The translations under genes and the position numbers were made by a program. Under the pieces are notes generated by a model that searched no databases, had not been told where the DNA came from, and was given only the letters and a program-made list of their open reading frames with translations. Positions 45,569-59,708 of a stretch of 64,000 bases of DNA are shown here, piece after piece (position 1 is the first letter of the stretch; each line of letters opens with the position of its first letter). The stretch spans positions 512,001 through 576,000 of the forward strand of contig CAWJTV010000011.1 in the NCBI GenBank assembly GCA_963845755.1. The letters are read 5' to 3'. The DNA is from an uncultured Planctomycetota bacterium. GTDB taxonomy: Bacteria; Planctomycetota; Planctomycetia; Isosphaerales; Isosphaeraceae.

Positions 45569-45955
45569 ATGAAGAAGGAACCAGTCACCGAGGGGGAACT
45601 CTCGATCCTGGAAGTCATCTGGGAACAGGGAAGTCCAACCAGCCGCGAGATTGCGGCCGCGATCTACGAGAAGGTTTCCGACTCCAAGATGGCCTCGGTG
45701 CAAAAGCTGATCGAGCGGCTGGAAACGAAGGGCTACGTGAACCGCGATCGCTACGAACGGGCCCATCGCTTCGAGGCACGGGTGAGTCGGGAAGAGTTCC
45801 TGCGGCATCGCCTCCAGGGACTGGCCGATCGACTTTGCGACGGAGCCATCGTGCCGTTGGTGACGACACTGCTTCGATCGAAGAAAGGACTTTCCCGGAA
45901 GCAGGGAGAACAGCTCCGCCAGCTCATCGACGAGCTCTGGCCGTCGGATCAGTGA
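45569..45955 (+). CDS. BlaI/MecI/CopY family repressor
   Basis: VTEGELSILEVIWEQGSPTSREI...VQKLIERLETKGYV. Confidence 0.92.
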   Translation: MKKEPVTEGELSILEVIWEQGSPTSREIAAAIYEKVSDSKMASVQKLIERLETKGYVNRDRYERAHRFEARVSREEFLRHRLQGLADRLCDGAIVPLVTTLLRSKKGLSRKQGEQLRQLIDELWPSDQ

Positions 45956-46124
45956 TCCTCGACATTCATTCCATTCGAGAGGTATCCCATGTACGCCTTC
46001 TGGGAAATCATTGCCAGTAATGCCGTGGTCGCGACGATCCTGGCGATCGGCGTCATGCTGCTGGGCCGCATCTGGAAGAACGCCGCCGCGGTTCATGCGC
46101 TCTGGGTCGTCGTACTGCTGAAAC

Positions 46125-47545
46125 GGGTGTGACCGACGATTGATGTAGCATATTATCGGAAACCGCCCAGGGTTCAGGCTGCCACCGGAAACCCGCAGCG
46201 GTCGATCTTCGACCAGAACTGGTCCCACCTCCCGGTCGTGTGGTTCAAGCAGCGTAGACTCAGCACCGCCGCCGCTCCCGACTCCTTCCATTTCATCCCC
46301 GAACCGCAGAGACGTTGCTTCACGATCACCTTGCAGGCGGCTTCGGTCACGCCACTGCCGATCGGCTCGTTGTTGGCGACCCGCGCCGCATAGTCCATCC
46401 GTCCCGCGGTCGATTGGTTGGTGAAGTAGGTGATGGCTCGTTGTACGTCCTCATCATCCTTGGCCCACGGCCGCACTTTCGCCAGCGACTTCAATTGCTT
46501 GAGGATCGTGGCCGCGCCTCCGGGTTCGTGCTTCAACGTGTGACAGCTCGCCTCCGTCCACGACCGACGCGTCGCGGGCTGGCCCCGGTACAGCACCGCC
46601 GCCGCCTTGCCCAGATACTCCGCAGCATGCCAGAAGTCCACGACCTGAGTGTCAGTGTACCGTCGGAGGAATTCCCAGTTCCCCTTGGCTCCGTCGGCGA
46701 TCCCGGCGTAGTGGGCCTGAGGATACTTCGCCTTCACCTGGGACACCTCCGCCTCCAAGCGACCCAGGAAGGTCGCCTTGCCGTACTCGGGCGTCGCCGC
46801 CAGGTAGATCGTGTGCTGCCGCTGGCCCGCGCCGTCGTAGAAGCTGATCGTCCCGACCATCGTCTCCCGCCAACCGTCCTCGCACATCAGCGCGCAGGTC
46901 CCGTCCAAGCTGAGGGCCACGGTCGTCGGGGGCGTGTCCATCGTGGGGAGGTGGTAACTCCAGTCTTCCTCCTTGACCAGCGCCACGGCGGCCACCGCGT
47001 CGGCGACGTCCTGGATCAGGCAGCGCGAGACGTCCCGGCCGTGGTTGTCGCGCAGATCGCGCCGGACTCGCGCCGAGCCGAATTCGGCGTACTTACTCGC
47101 GACCATCTTGGCGAACTTAGGGGTGGAGCTGACGATGATCCGGGCGTCACGATCCAGGGGGCAGTAGGTGGCTCCGCCCTGGGGACTCTGGTAGACGTGC
47201 CGTTGGACCGTGGCCATGCCATAGGGCGTCTGGTAATCCTTGGAGGACTGACCCTTGCTGGTCAACGTGACCGAGCCGACGGTGAGGGGAGAGCCGTCGG
47301 TGTCGAATTGCCGCAGTCCTTCCTCAGTGGCCAGGACACCGGCGGCGTTGAGTTGGTCCTGGAGCGTTTCCTCGAACTCGAGCATCGAGCGGTGGTAGGG
47401 GATGGTGATCTGGACGGTGAAACCCGCCTCAGTGCGGCTGATGATCTGTGCGGACATCGTCGGGCCTCCGTGAAGAGAGAAGAGAATCCCCCAAAATCTT
47501 ACTGAGAAAGCTCCTCAAACTCTACATCAATCGTCGGTCACACCC
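46125..47545 (-). mobile_element. Complete IS element, ISKra4-family-like
   Basis: Perfect 24-bp TIRs GGGTGTGACCGACGATTGATGTAG / CTACATCAATCGTCGGTCACACCC; target GCTGAAAC duplicated. Confidence 0.92.
46174..47457 (-). CDS. DDE transposase (ISKra4-family-like), intact ORF
   Basis: YQTPYG, CPLD, LSLDGT, IADGAKGNW, DFWHAAEYL, PIGSGVTEAACKVIVKQRL..SGMKW. Confidence 0.92.
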   Translation of the reverse strand: MSAQIISRTEAGFTVQITIPYHRSMLEFEETLQDQLNAAGVLATEEGLRQFDTDGSPLTVGSVTLTSKGQSSKDYQTPYGMATVQRHVYQSPQGGATYCPLDRDARIIVSSTPKFAKMVASKYAEFGSARVRRDLRDNHGRDVSRCLIQDVADAVAAVALVKEEDWSYHLPTMDTPPTTVALSLDGTCALMCEDGWRETMVGTISFYDGAGQRQHTIYLAATPEYGKATFLGRLEAEVSQVKAKYPQAHYAGIADGAKGNWEFLRRYTDTQVVDFWHAAEYLGKAAAVLYRGQPATRRSWTEASCHTLKHEPGGAATILKQLKSLAKVRPWAKDDEDVQRAITYFTNQSTAGRMDYAARVANNEPIGSGVTEAACKVIVKQRLCGSGMKWKESGAAAVLSLRCLNHTTGRWDQFWSKIDRCGFPVAA

Positions 47546-49901
47546 GCTGAAAGCTGAAACTGTTCACACCACCCCTGATCACCGCGGAGCTTCCGATCGC
47601 CTCCGGCGTCTTGCCGGCCGCGGAGAGCGCCGGCCCGCAGAAAACGATTTTGAGCTCGCCCGCACGCCACGAGGCACAACCAGCCGCTCCCGTGGCCGTG
47701 ACGCATTCTCGCGGCGCCATCGCCGCGGGCAACCCGCAGCCCGAACTCGGGAATTGGTCCACCGAGACGGCCGGCCTCGAGCCGTGGTCGCTCTCCACGA
47801 TCCTCGCCGCCATCTGGATTGGCGGCGCCTCTTTTACAGCTCTGGCTCATGCCGTCCGCATTCGCCGTTTTGCCACAGTCATCCGCGAGTCCGAGGCGGC
47901 GCCGGAGAGCATTCGCACGATGGTCACCGAGATCTCGAGCCGGCTGGGCCTGAGGCGCGTGCCCGACGTGTTGATGACGTCGCGTGCCCTGCCGCCCCTG
48001 GTCTGGTCGCTCGGGTTCTTCCCGCGCGTGATTCTGCCTTCCGATCTGTTTGCCCGCCTGAGTCCCGACGCTCAACGCACCATCCTCGCCCACGAACTCT
48101 TCCATATCCGGCGCGGCGATGATCGCGTCCGGCTGCTCGAGCTCGCGGCGAAGACGGTCTTCTGGTGGCATCCCGTCGTGTGGTGGGCAAGCTGGCAGTT
48201 GCGCGAGCTTGAAGAGCAGTGCTGCGACGGCCGCGTCCTCGAACTGGTCCCCGATCAGCCGCGGACGTATGCCTCGGCCCTGGTGGACACCCTGGAATTC
48301 CTTTCCGAGCAACCGCGTCATCTCGTCCCCTTGCGCACGGCGATCGATCCCGCCGGCTCATTGTCCAGGAGGATCTTCATGTTGACCTAGAGGCGACCGA
48401 ATCGGTTGAGTCTCCTGAGCGCCACGCTCGTCGCCGGACTTGTTGCCGTTCCGCTGGCCGTGGCCTTCGCCGTCGATCCCCAGCAGGCGAACCAGCCGGC
48501 CGCCGGGGCCCAGGCGGCGATTCTGCGCGGTCACGTGAAAGACGAAGCGGGTGCTCCGCTGGCCGATGTCCGCGTGCGCGTGGCCATTCCCGCCGCGGAT
48601 ATGCGGTTTGTCGATTCCCACACCCCGCACAAGCAGGCGGAGGCCCGGACTGATGCGAGCGGCGACTACCGGCTGGAAGTTCCCGGGATCACCAAGCCCA
48701 CGATGATCTCGATCGACGCAATGAAGCCGGGCTATCGCCGGTTAGTGGGAACCTTGATGTCCGGCGGCGATCCGAGGGACGTCGAGGTCGCGCCGGGCAA
48801 GGACGCGGTGGCTCCCCTGATCCTCAGGCCCGCGCTCTATTTCGCCGGCATCGTCGTGGACCAACAGGGCAAGCCGATCCCGGGGGTGGAGATTTACGCC
48901 AATGTCGTCATCGGACGCGGCTCGGGCGGCATTGAGCAGATCGCGAGCCATGCGGATGGGACATTCGAACTGTTCAGCTATCCCCGGAAAGAGGGCCCTC
49001 TCGGAAAGGAGCTCGGCTTCGGGTACGTCGTTTTCTCCCATCCGGATTATATCGAATATCGGCTTAAAGACGTTTACGCACTTGCGGAGAACCAGCGCGA
49101 AACCCTGCGGGTCATCCTCGATTCGGGTCACAAGGTGACAGGCACGGTGTTCGACATCGCCGGGAAGCCGGTCCCCCATGCGATGATCGAGGCCATCCGC
49201 AAGGATTGGTCTCATCGCAAGGCGACGCTAACCGACGCGAACGGCAAGTTCGCGTTGCGCGGTCTCAGCGACGGCCTGACGATGGTGACCGCTCACGCCC
49301 TGGATATCAAGCAGAAGACTCAACTGCCGATGGCCCTCAGCAGCGACAAGCTCGACCTCGAAGTCCGTCTGAAACCGATGGCGATGCCCGCCAATCTGAA
49401 GGCGTACACCGTGCTCGGCCTGCAGCTCACGGACATGACTCCGGAATTGAAATCGGCCTATGACCTTTTCAATGACCGCGGAGCGCTGATTCTCGATCCG
49501 GGCAAGGATTCCGATCGCCTCAAGATCGGCGAGCTTGTCGAAGGGTATGTCTTCTGGATGGTCGGCCAGCGGCGCATTGGCAGCGTCCGTGAGTTCGTCG
49601 ATCATCTTCTCGCCGAGACCGCCGGTCAAAACGCCGAGGAATCCTCCGTGCGCATCGTCTACACCTTCAGGACAGCCGAGTCCGTCGGAACGAATACGCA
49701 GTATCTGAAACTGACGAAAGACGACCGCAAGCAGTTGCAAGTCCTGTCGGACCAGCTCAGGCCCGAGGAGGACTGATCAGTAGGGGCGGTTTTACCTCGA
49801 TCCAAGCCGGATAGCGAGCGCATGCGTGCGCCAGGCTCTGTTGGCAATCCATTGACAAAACCTGTCAATGATGGCACAATGGAGCCAAAGGAGGATCGGC
49901 T

Positions 49902-50165
49902 ATGGATACGATGAACATCGCCTTGCCCGAATCGATGAAACACTTCGTCCAGGAACGCGTCAGCGAGGGCGGATACAGCAGCGTCAGCGAATATGTCCGC
50001 GAGCTCATCCGCGCCGACCAGAAGCGGAAGGCCGAGGAGCGGATCGACGCTTTATTGCTCGAGGGGTTGGACTCCGGCCCGCCGATCCCCGTCACCCCGG
50101 AGTATTGGGAAGAGAAGAAACGCCGCCTGACCGAGCGGCTTGGCAAGGCCGTTCTCCCGCAATGA
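49902..50165 (+). CDS. ParD-like ribbon-helix-helix antitoxin
   Basis: MNIALPESMKHFVQERVSEGGYSSVSEYVRELIR...LLEGLDSG. Confidence 0.9.
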   Translation: MDTMNIALPESMKHFVQERVSEGGYSSVSEYVRELIRADQKRKAEERIDALLLEGLDSGPPIPVTPEYWEEKKRRLTERLGKAVLPQ

Positions 50166-50491
50166 CCGCCCGATATCGCGTACTGCCCGCCGCCGACCGA
50201 GACCTGGACCACCAGGCCGCGTACCTGGCAACACAGGCTAGCCTGGATACGGCCCTGCGTTTCTATGATGCCGCCGGCGCCACCTTCGCCAAGCTTGCCG
50301 ACATGCCCGGCATCGGCGAGCGGTGGCCCTCGACAAACCCGCGTCTCGCGGGGCTACGCGTCTGGCGGATCGAGGGATTCGGGAAGCACCTGATCTTCTA
50401 CCGCCCTGCCGCCGATGGCATCGAAGTGATCCGCGTCATCCACGGGGCGCGCGACATCGACAGCGTGCTGGAATCAGGACCTGTGGTGTGA
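50162..50491 (+). CDS. ParE/RelE-family toxin
   Basis: PAADRDL...A LRFYDAA...LADMPGIG...HLIFYRP...IEVIRVIHGARDI. Confidence 0.9.
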   Translation: MTARYRVLPAADRDLDHQAAYLATQASLDTALRFYDAAGATFAKLADMPGIGERWPSTNPRLAGLRVWRIEGFGKHLIFYRPAADGIEVIRVIHGARDIDSVLESGPVV

Positions 50492-50895
50492 CATCCCAGA
50501 ACGGTCGCTGGCGGATGATAGATTTTCGGTCTGCGGCGCGGGGCTGGTGGTGGGTCGGGCTCGATCGGTCTGGCGGGCTCGGGTGGGTCAGGCTCGACGG
50601 GCAGCCAGGGGAATCGCGCCGCACGGCGGTACTTGAGGGCCAGCCTTCGGTGGTGCTCCTTAAAGCGTTCGTTCCATTCGTTATGACGTTTGATTAATTG
50701 TATTTCGGCATCATTGGGGGGTCCGAACCCGGAAGCCCTGAGAGGTATGAGGCCTTTTTCTGCTTTGGATTCGCATTCCTGAGCCTTGGCGGCGAACGCC
50801 ACGGACCGTCGCCCGAGCGTGTAGCCCCAGGGCACGAGCGCGGCGACGGCGACGGCGATCATCAACACACGGAGGGTGAATCGAGGCCTTTTCAT
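50398..50895 (-). CDS. Small hypothetical protein with a hydrophobic N-terminus (3' end uncertain)
   Basis: MKRPRFTLRVLMIAVAVAAL... ending KYRRAARFPWLPVEPDPPEP; GGAGG RBS upstream. Confidence 0.7.
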   Translation of the reverse strand: MKRPRFTLRVLMIAVAVAALVPWGYTLGRRSVAFAAKAQECESKAEKGLIPLRASGFGPPNDAEIQLIKRHNEWNERFKEHHRRLALKYRRAARFPWLPVEPDPPEPARPIEPDPPPAPRRRPKIYHPPATVLGCHTTGPDSSTLSMSRAPWMTRITSMPSAAGR

Positions 50896-51326
50896 ATTTG
50901 ACCTCCGGGAGTCAGGCGGGTTCTCGGATGTGCTCGCCGGTCTATCAGAGTTGGAGATGTCAGTCAACTCGAATGATCGATTCGACGCACGCGGGATTCG
51001 GGCTGGGTCCGGTCATGGGAAAGTCAATCAGGCCCCTATGGAATCTCTTCGCCCATGACCTGCACCTACGAGAGCGCGATTGCCGACCTCCTCAGGTCGA
51101 AGACGAACTCGAGAACTCGATCCTGCCCTTGCCGAATCCCTCTCGCGAGTGCTAAGATCGGAAGATTTTCGGGCCGCGCCGCCTCCAATCGTCGAGGCGA
51201 GCGCGGCCCTTTGTCGCTTCGCTCCAGTTTTCAGTGTTAAGTGTTCAGTGAGTAGACCATTTATTACCTGAGCACTTGTGCGAGAAGACTCGAAGCCAGT
51301 TCCCTTTTCCTCCGGGGCTTCTTGAC

Positions 51327-54558
<3,232 letters not shown>

Positions 54559-54601
54559 CCTGGGCATCAGTCGAGTGGGAATCGGATAAGGGGGGAATCC
54601 C

Positions 54602-55661
54602 ATGGCAACCGTCACGACCCGAGCGACGTTGGACGACCTTCTCAAGACGGATGGCAAGGCCGAACTGATCGGTGGGAGGATCGTGCACTTCATGGCAAGC
54701 GGACATCTACCTAGTGTGGTCGCGCATGACGTGCATGAGTCGCTCGACGATCTGGAGGACCTGGACCAAGCCGATCTCAAGCACACCGCAGCGTCTACTG
54801 GCTCAACAGCCACGATCCCGACTTCGACGCGAAGGCTCTGGCGATTTGCAAGCTCTACCTGGAAGCACGAGTGATGTACGAACGAGGACGGCTGCTGATC
54901 TGCTGTGACGAGAAGACGGGGATGAAGGAGTTGGGACGGACTCATCGCACGCAACCGGCTCGGCCGGGCCAGCGCGCACAGCGCGAGCAAGACTCCATCC
55001 GCGATGGGACACGGGCCTTGATCACCTCGTTGATCGTGGCCACCGGTGAAGTGATCGGCGATTTGGGACCGACCCGAACCAGTGTCGATTTCGCGGCGCA
55101 TTTGGGACACGTCGCGGGCCAGTTCCCCGAAATCTTCGGGTGTGACTGGGTCGTGGACAACCTCAACACGCATTGGAGCCTGGACGTCTGCCAGCTGATG
55201 GCGGAACTCTGCGGTGTAAAGTTGCGCTCGAGATTACTGTGAGCCTACGCGAATATGCCCGGCGAAACGGCCGCGGTGTTGCTTATGCCGACGGCATGGG
55301 ATTCGCCGTCCCTGAGCTGCCATCCGGTCGTGAATCGTTTTCTCCCGATTCTTCCTATTACGTAGGGCCTCTGCCCGCGTGCCGGATGCGGTTCGTCGAA
55401 GGCCCGCCGACCCTGGCCGTCGAGGTGCGCAGCGAAAATGACTTCGGCGACGCCGCCGAGGCCGAGATCGTCGCCAAGCGTGTCGATTACTTCTCCGCGG
55501 GCACGCTCGTCGTCTGGGACGTCGATCCCGTGGCGGAGCAGGTCCATGTCTACCGGTCCACCGATCCGGGGCATCCCACGACCTACGCCCGGGGCCAGAC
55601 GGCCGAAGCCGAGCCCGCCGTGCCGGGCTGGCGGATGGCTGTTGATGACATCTTCGCGTGA
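54602..55661 (+). pseudogene. Uma2/DUF820-family endonuclease 1, interrupted by a transposase fragment
   Basis: TLDDLLKTDGKAELIGGRIV...PSVVA | insert | LEITVSL...FSPDSSYY...PTLAVEVRSEND...LVVWDVDP. Confidence 0.85.
54726..55222 (+). mobile_element. Internal fragment of an IS630-family-like transposase, no termini seen
   Basis: MSRSTIWR..ADLK..YWLNSHDPDF..LICCDEKTGM..RDGTRALI..WVVDNLNTHWS. Confidence 0.75.
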
Positions 55662-55740
55662 GCCGGCGAAGGCCGCCGTTGCAAACGTGGAACGTCTGAG
55701 CACGGGGAAGCTCGAAGTTGATGCATTATAGGATTTGCTT
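55662..55740 (+). repeat. Decayed direct repeat of the carB 3' end (about 54466..54546)
   Basis: KAAVANVERLSTGKLEVDAL*DLL vs car[25 protein letters not shown]. Confidence 0.9.
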
Positions 55741-55886
55741 CGGGCCGATCGAGGAAAGTAGGGCCGGTTGCAACCGAGGGGTTCAGCTCGGTGCGCAGCA
55801 ATTCCCATACCTGCATGGATCGGCTCTCAACCTCGCGATCAGATCGGCATTGACCCCACACTCGCCACGCTCCGCGCGATTCACGA

Positions 55887-56497
55887 TCACAGCCCATTCG
55901 GTCCAACCGTCGCTTGCTGGGCTTCCTCCGCCGGCCCGCTCGGCGGCAGGATCTCGCGCAGCACGCATCGGAAGCCAGGAATCACGTCCTCGCCCAGCAG
56001 CTCGTCGTCCTCGAACAGGCGGCTGACCGAGCCGTCGCGGCGGTTGACGATCGCCGTGCGCGCGCCGGGATAGATCACCCAGATGATGGGCACACCCGCC
56101 TTGCGGTAGTCCGTTAACTTTTCCTCGACATCCTCGGCCAGATCATTGGGCGAAACGACTTCAACGGCCAGGTCGGGGGGGAACTTGGCCCACCCCTTCG
56201 GGAGCTTGCCGCCGGGGAGGTGCTCTTTGCGGATGAATGAGACGTCGGGCTTGCGGAGCCGGTTGGGATCATGGGGGAAGCACTGGTAGCCAGTATCGGC
56301 CGGCAACGCCCGCCCAAGTCCGTGCTGCTTGCAATGCGGTACGAGGAGAGCGAGTAGGTCTCCCCCGACTCCGCTGGATTCCAGTCCCCTCTTGCATCCA
56401 GTAGTTCCCCGTGGACCAACTCGTAGTCCACCCCATCAGGCATGGCGAGCAAGTCCTCCGGCGTGTAGCGGGACTCGGTCGCAATCGCCGTGCTCAT
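55887..56497 (-). CDS. Uma2/DUF820-family endonuclease 2 (frameshifted)
   Basis: YTPEDLLAMPDGVDYELVHGEL; RKPDVSFI; PPDLAVEVVSPND; IIWVIYP. Confidence 0.88.
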
Positions 56498-56729
56498 GAT
56501 CCACCTCCCAATCGATGACGTGAAAGGCGCTGTCGATCTCCCGAATTGTACCACCTGTCCGAAACCCTCGCGAGACCGGCCGAAACCATGTCAACCGACC
56601 CGATCACGGACGCGCGAGACCCGTCGGTCCAGAGCCCCCTGACAACCGTCCGATCTTTCGGATAGAATGTCGCGGTGCCGTCGGCGAACGAAGGACATCG
56701 CGGGAATCATCGTGTGGGGAATCCTATCC

Positions 56730-58611
56730 ATGGCACTACGGGTCGGGCCGGGGCCGGTGTTCGTTTACGAATCGCTGATCCTGGCGCGGCGGCGGCAGGT
56801 TTATGCGGGCCGGGCCCTGTTCGTCGTCCTGATGTTCCTCGGCCTGGCGGCGGCCTGGTGGAACACGGGTGTCGAATCGTTCGCGAGCACGGGGCCCGGT
56901 ACTGCGGCGCTGTTCCGGGTTCTCGCGCGCGTCGGCGAACGGTTCTTCTACAACCTGGCCGGCCTCCAGCTCGCGCTGGTGCTGCTGGCGGCGCCGGCGG
57001 CGACGGCCGGGGCGATCTGCCACGACCGCGCGGGGGATCTTCGAGCAGCTCGCCATGACCGATCTCTCCAGCGCCGAGATTGTGCTCGGCAAGCTCGGCT
57101 CGCGGTTGGCTCCGATCCTGGGACTGCTGGTCTGCGCCTTGCCGGTGACGGCGCTCGCCGCGTTGCTCGGTGGGATCGATCCGCAGGCGTTGTTCAGCCT
57201 GTTCGCCGTCTCGGTGGCCATCGCGGTCCTCGGGTGCTCGCTGGCGCTGGCGATCTCGTTGCGGGCCGCGAAGACGCATGAGGTGATCATCGCGGTGCTG
57301 GCCCTCTGGATCCTCTGGCTGCTAAGCCTACCGATCTGGTCGGGCGCGTCGAGCATCAGCGGAGTCGTGCCGCCGCCCGACTGGTTCAGGAAGGCCAATC
57401 CGGTGCTGGTGGTCTATGCGCCCTATGCCTGGCCGGGATATGTGACTCCATCCGAAGTCGCCATCTTCGTGACGGCGATGTTTCTGCTGTCGGCCGCACT
57501 GGTCGCACGGACGATCGCCACCGTGCGTCGGAGCGTGCTCGAGCCGGCCCGGAGGGCCAGCGGTCGCGCGTTCCTCGACCGCCTGAGCTTCGCGCGGTGG
57601 CTGCCGGGGCCGTCGCTCGACGGCAATCCCGTCCTCTGGCGCGAGTGGCATCGCAACCGACCGTCGCGATTGATGCGGATCATCTGGGTGATCTATGTCA
57701 TCAGCTCGGTCGCCGGACTGGGGATCGGGATTCATGAAGCGATCGTCTACGGCGTCGGCCGGGCCGCCGGCTCCTTCACGCTCGTGATTGCACTGCACCT
57801 GCAATTCCTCTTCGGCCTGATGATCGTGAGCGTCCAGGCGCCGACCTCGCTGGCCGAGGAGCGGGTACGGGGCAGCCTGGACGTCCTCTTGACGACGCCG
57901 CTGTCCACGCGATCGATCCTCTGGGGCAAGTGGCTGGGGAGCTATCGGGTCGTCCTCGGGCTGGCGCTACTCCCCGCCGTGGGCTCCGCGATCGTGGCTG
58001 TCATGGCATCTCCATCGCGCGGGATGGGCCTCGTCGATCGCATCGTGGCGCCCGGCCTGGTCGTCGGCGAGATGCTCGCCTACGGGGCGGCGATCACCAG
58101 CATGGGCCTGGCGCTGGCGACCTGGACGCGTCGGCTCGGCCGCGCGATCGCCATCAACGTGGTCATCTTCGCCCTGATGACGATCGGCTGGCTGTTCTTC
58201 ATCGATTACGTCGTCTGGCAGCCGCTCGTGAGATGGCTGACGTTGAGAGGCGTTACCGACACGCGCTGGCTCGTGGAAGGTATGATGGTCATCAGCCCCT
58301 TCTGGGCGCCGATCGGGACGCTGAACTGGCTCCTGGAGAACCGTGGGGGTCCTGCGTGGAAGTTCTGGCTGCTCGCGGCGGCGTGGTGCGCGCTGGCCTG
58401 GGCGTTTGCCGCGGCGATGTTCTGGGCGACGCTCAGGACGTTCGACCGCTGCCTGGGGCGGATGCCGGAGACGAGCGTCCCCGAGGACGGCGATCCCGCA
58501 GTCCGATTCGGCGGTCCCGAATCGGGCGATCTCGACCTTGTGGTTTCGTCGGCCGCCCCATCGCCTCGCCTTGCCGGTGCGGCCGATGGGCGTCAGTATG
58601 GCGATCGGTGA
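56730..58611 (+). CDS. ABC-2-type transporter permease-like membrane protein (frameshift near 57030)
   Basis: GPGPVFVYE; IVLGKLGSRL; LDGNPVLWREWHR; EERVRGSLDVLLTTPLSTRSILWGKW. Confidence 0.85.
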
Positions 58612-58647
58612 CACCGAGACGCCACGGGCCGAAACGCGATCGATCGT

Positions 58648-59262
58648 CTACCCTGGTCCGTTCGGCGCGGCTGGCGCGGATGAGACGGGATCGGCCGGCT
58701 TGCGTGGCGGGAGGATCTCCCGCACAAGGCAGCGGAAGCCGGGAATGACATCCTCGCCGGAGAGTTCGTCATCCTCGCCCAGTTCGCTCGGTGGGCCGTC
58801 GCGGCGGAGGACTTTGACCTTGCGCTGCTTGGGATAGATCACCCAGATCAGGGGCACGCGAACTTTTCGATAGTCATCCAGCTTTTCCTCGAGTTCCTCA
58901 ACCCGATCGTTGGGTGAGACGACCTCGACCGCGAGGTCCGGCGGAATCCTGACCCAGCCCACTGGCTCGACATCTCCAGGCAAATGGCCGCGGCGCACGA
59001 ACGAGACATCCGGCTTGCGGACGAGGCCGGGATCGTGGGGAAAGCACTGAAAGCCATTGTCGGCCGGCCAGGCCATTCCCAGGCCGTGCTCTGCACAGAA
59101 CTGGCCGAGACGCAAGAAGAGGCGCCCTCCGACTCCGCTGGATTCGGCTCCCATGTTCCTCTCCACCAGTTGTCCGCGAACCAGCTCGTAGCTCTTGCCG
59201 TCGGGCAGGGCGAGCAAGTCCTCGGGCGTGTAGCGGGTCTTGGTCGCGACGGCCGTGCTCAT
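58648..59262 (-). CDS. Uma2/DUF820-family endonuclease 3
   Basis: YTPEDLLALPDGKSYELVRGQLVE; RKPDVSFV; PPDLAVEVVSPND; close paralog of copy 2. Confidence 0.92.
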   Translation of the reverse strand: MSTAVATKTRYTPEDLLALPDGKSYELVRGQLVERNMGAESSGVGGRLFLRLGQFCAEHGLGMAWPADNGFQCFPHDPGLVRKPDVSFVRRGHLPGDVEPVGWVRIPPDLAVEVVSPNDRVEELEEKLDDYRKVRVPLIWVIYPKQRKVKVLRRDGPPSELGEDDELSGEDVIPGFRCLVREILPPRKPADPVSSAPAAPNGPG

Positions 59263-59488
59263 GGTCGGTCTCCCGATCGATGAAGCGGATCGTGGGTCGG
59301 CTCAATACCGTCGATCTCGAAGATCGACGGATCGATCACCTCCGCTTCCGACGAAGTCCGTAGACGATCGTAAACCTCGGCTTTGATGATCAGGTCAGTG
59401 CGATGCGTTTCGGGATCGAGGATCGGGACAGGCACATCGTCAGCCTCGTCGACCGCGCAGTCGGAGCTCGTGAGTGAAGATGGCCATG
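59259..59488 (-). CDS. Small hypothetical protein upstream of Uma2 copy 3 (start uncertain)
   Basis: DVPVPILDPETHRTDLIIKAEVYDRLR; overlaps the Uma2 start codon. Confidence 0.45.
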
Positions 59489-59608
59489 ATCTCTGGATAC
59501 CCATTCAGCCGGTTGTTTCCATAACGAAGATTTTACAATCGGTGCGATCGCCACGCGAGACGAGTCCCGCTCCGGCTCGTTCCGGATTTGCGCCGGGGTG
59601 CCGTCGTC

Positions 59609-59696
59609 AACCGCCACATCGCCTCGCCTTGCCGGTGCGGCCGATGGCTGTCAGAATGGCGATCGGTGACACCGAGACGCCCCGGACCGAAACGTG
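59609..59696 (+). repeat. Direct repeat of the permease 3' end and downstream flank (about 58550..58637)
   Basis: CATCGCCTCGCCTTGCCGGTGCGGCCGATGG..GTCAG.ATGGCGATCGGTGACACCGAGACGCC.CGG.CCGAAACG in both places. Confidence 0.92.
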
Positions 59697-59708
59697 AGGA
59701 GTCCCTCC

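Larger units (their letters stand above)
45989..49776 (+). pseudogene. M56/BlaR1-family metallopeptidase with carboxypeptidase-regulatory-like repeats, interrupted by an IS at 46124/47546 (also a frameshift near 48390)
   Basis: N-terminus ...HALWVVVLLK | IS | LFTPP...; ILAHELFHIRRGD, FWWHPVVWW, EEQCCD, YASAL. Confidence 0.88.

Noticed and set aside
49777..50520. Tail duplication around the ParDE module
   Set aside because: I found no second copy of the M56 3' end after parE, so not every TA pair here fits the pattern.
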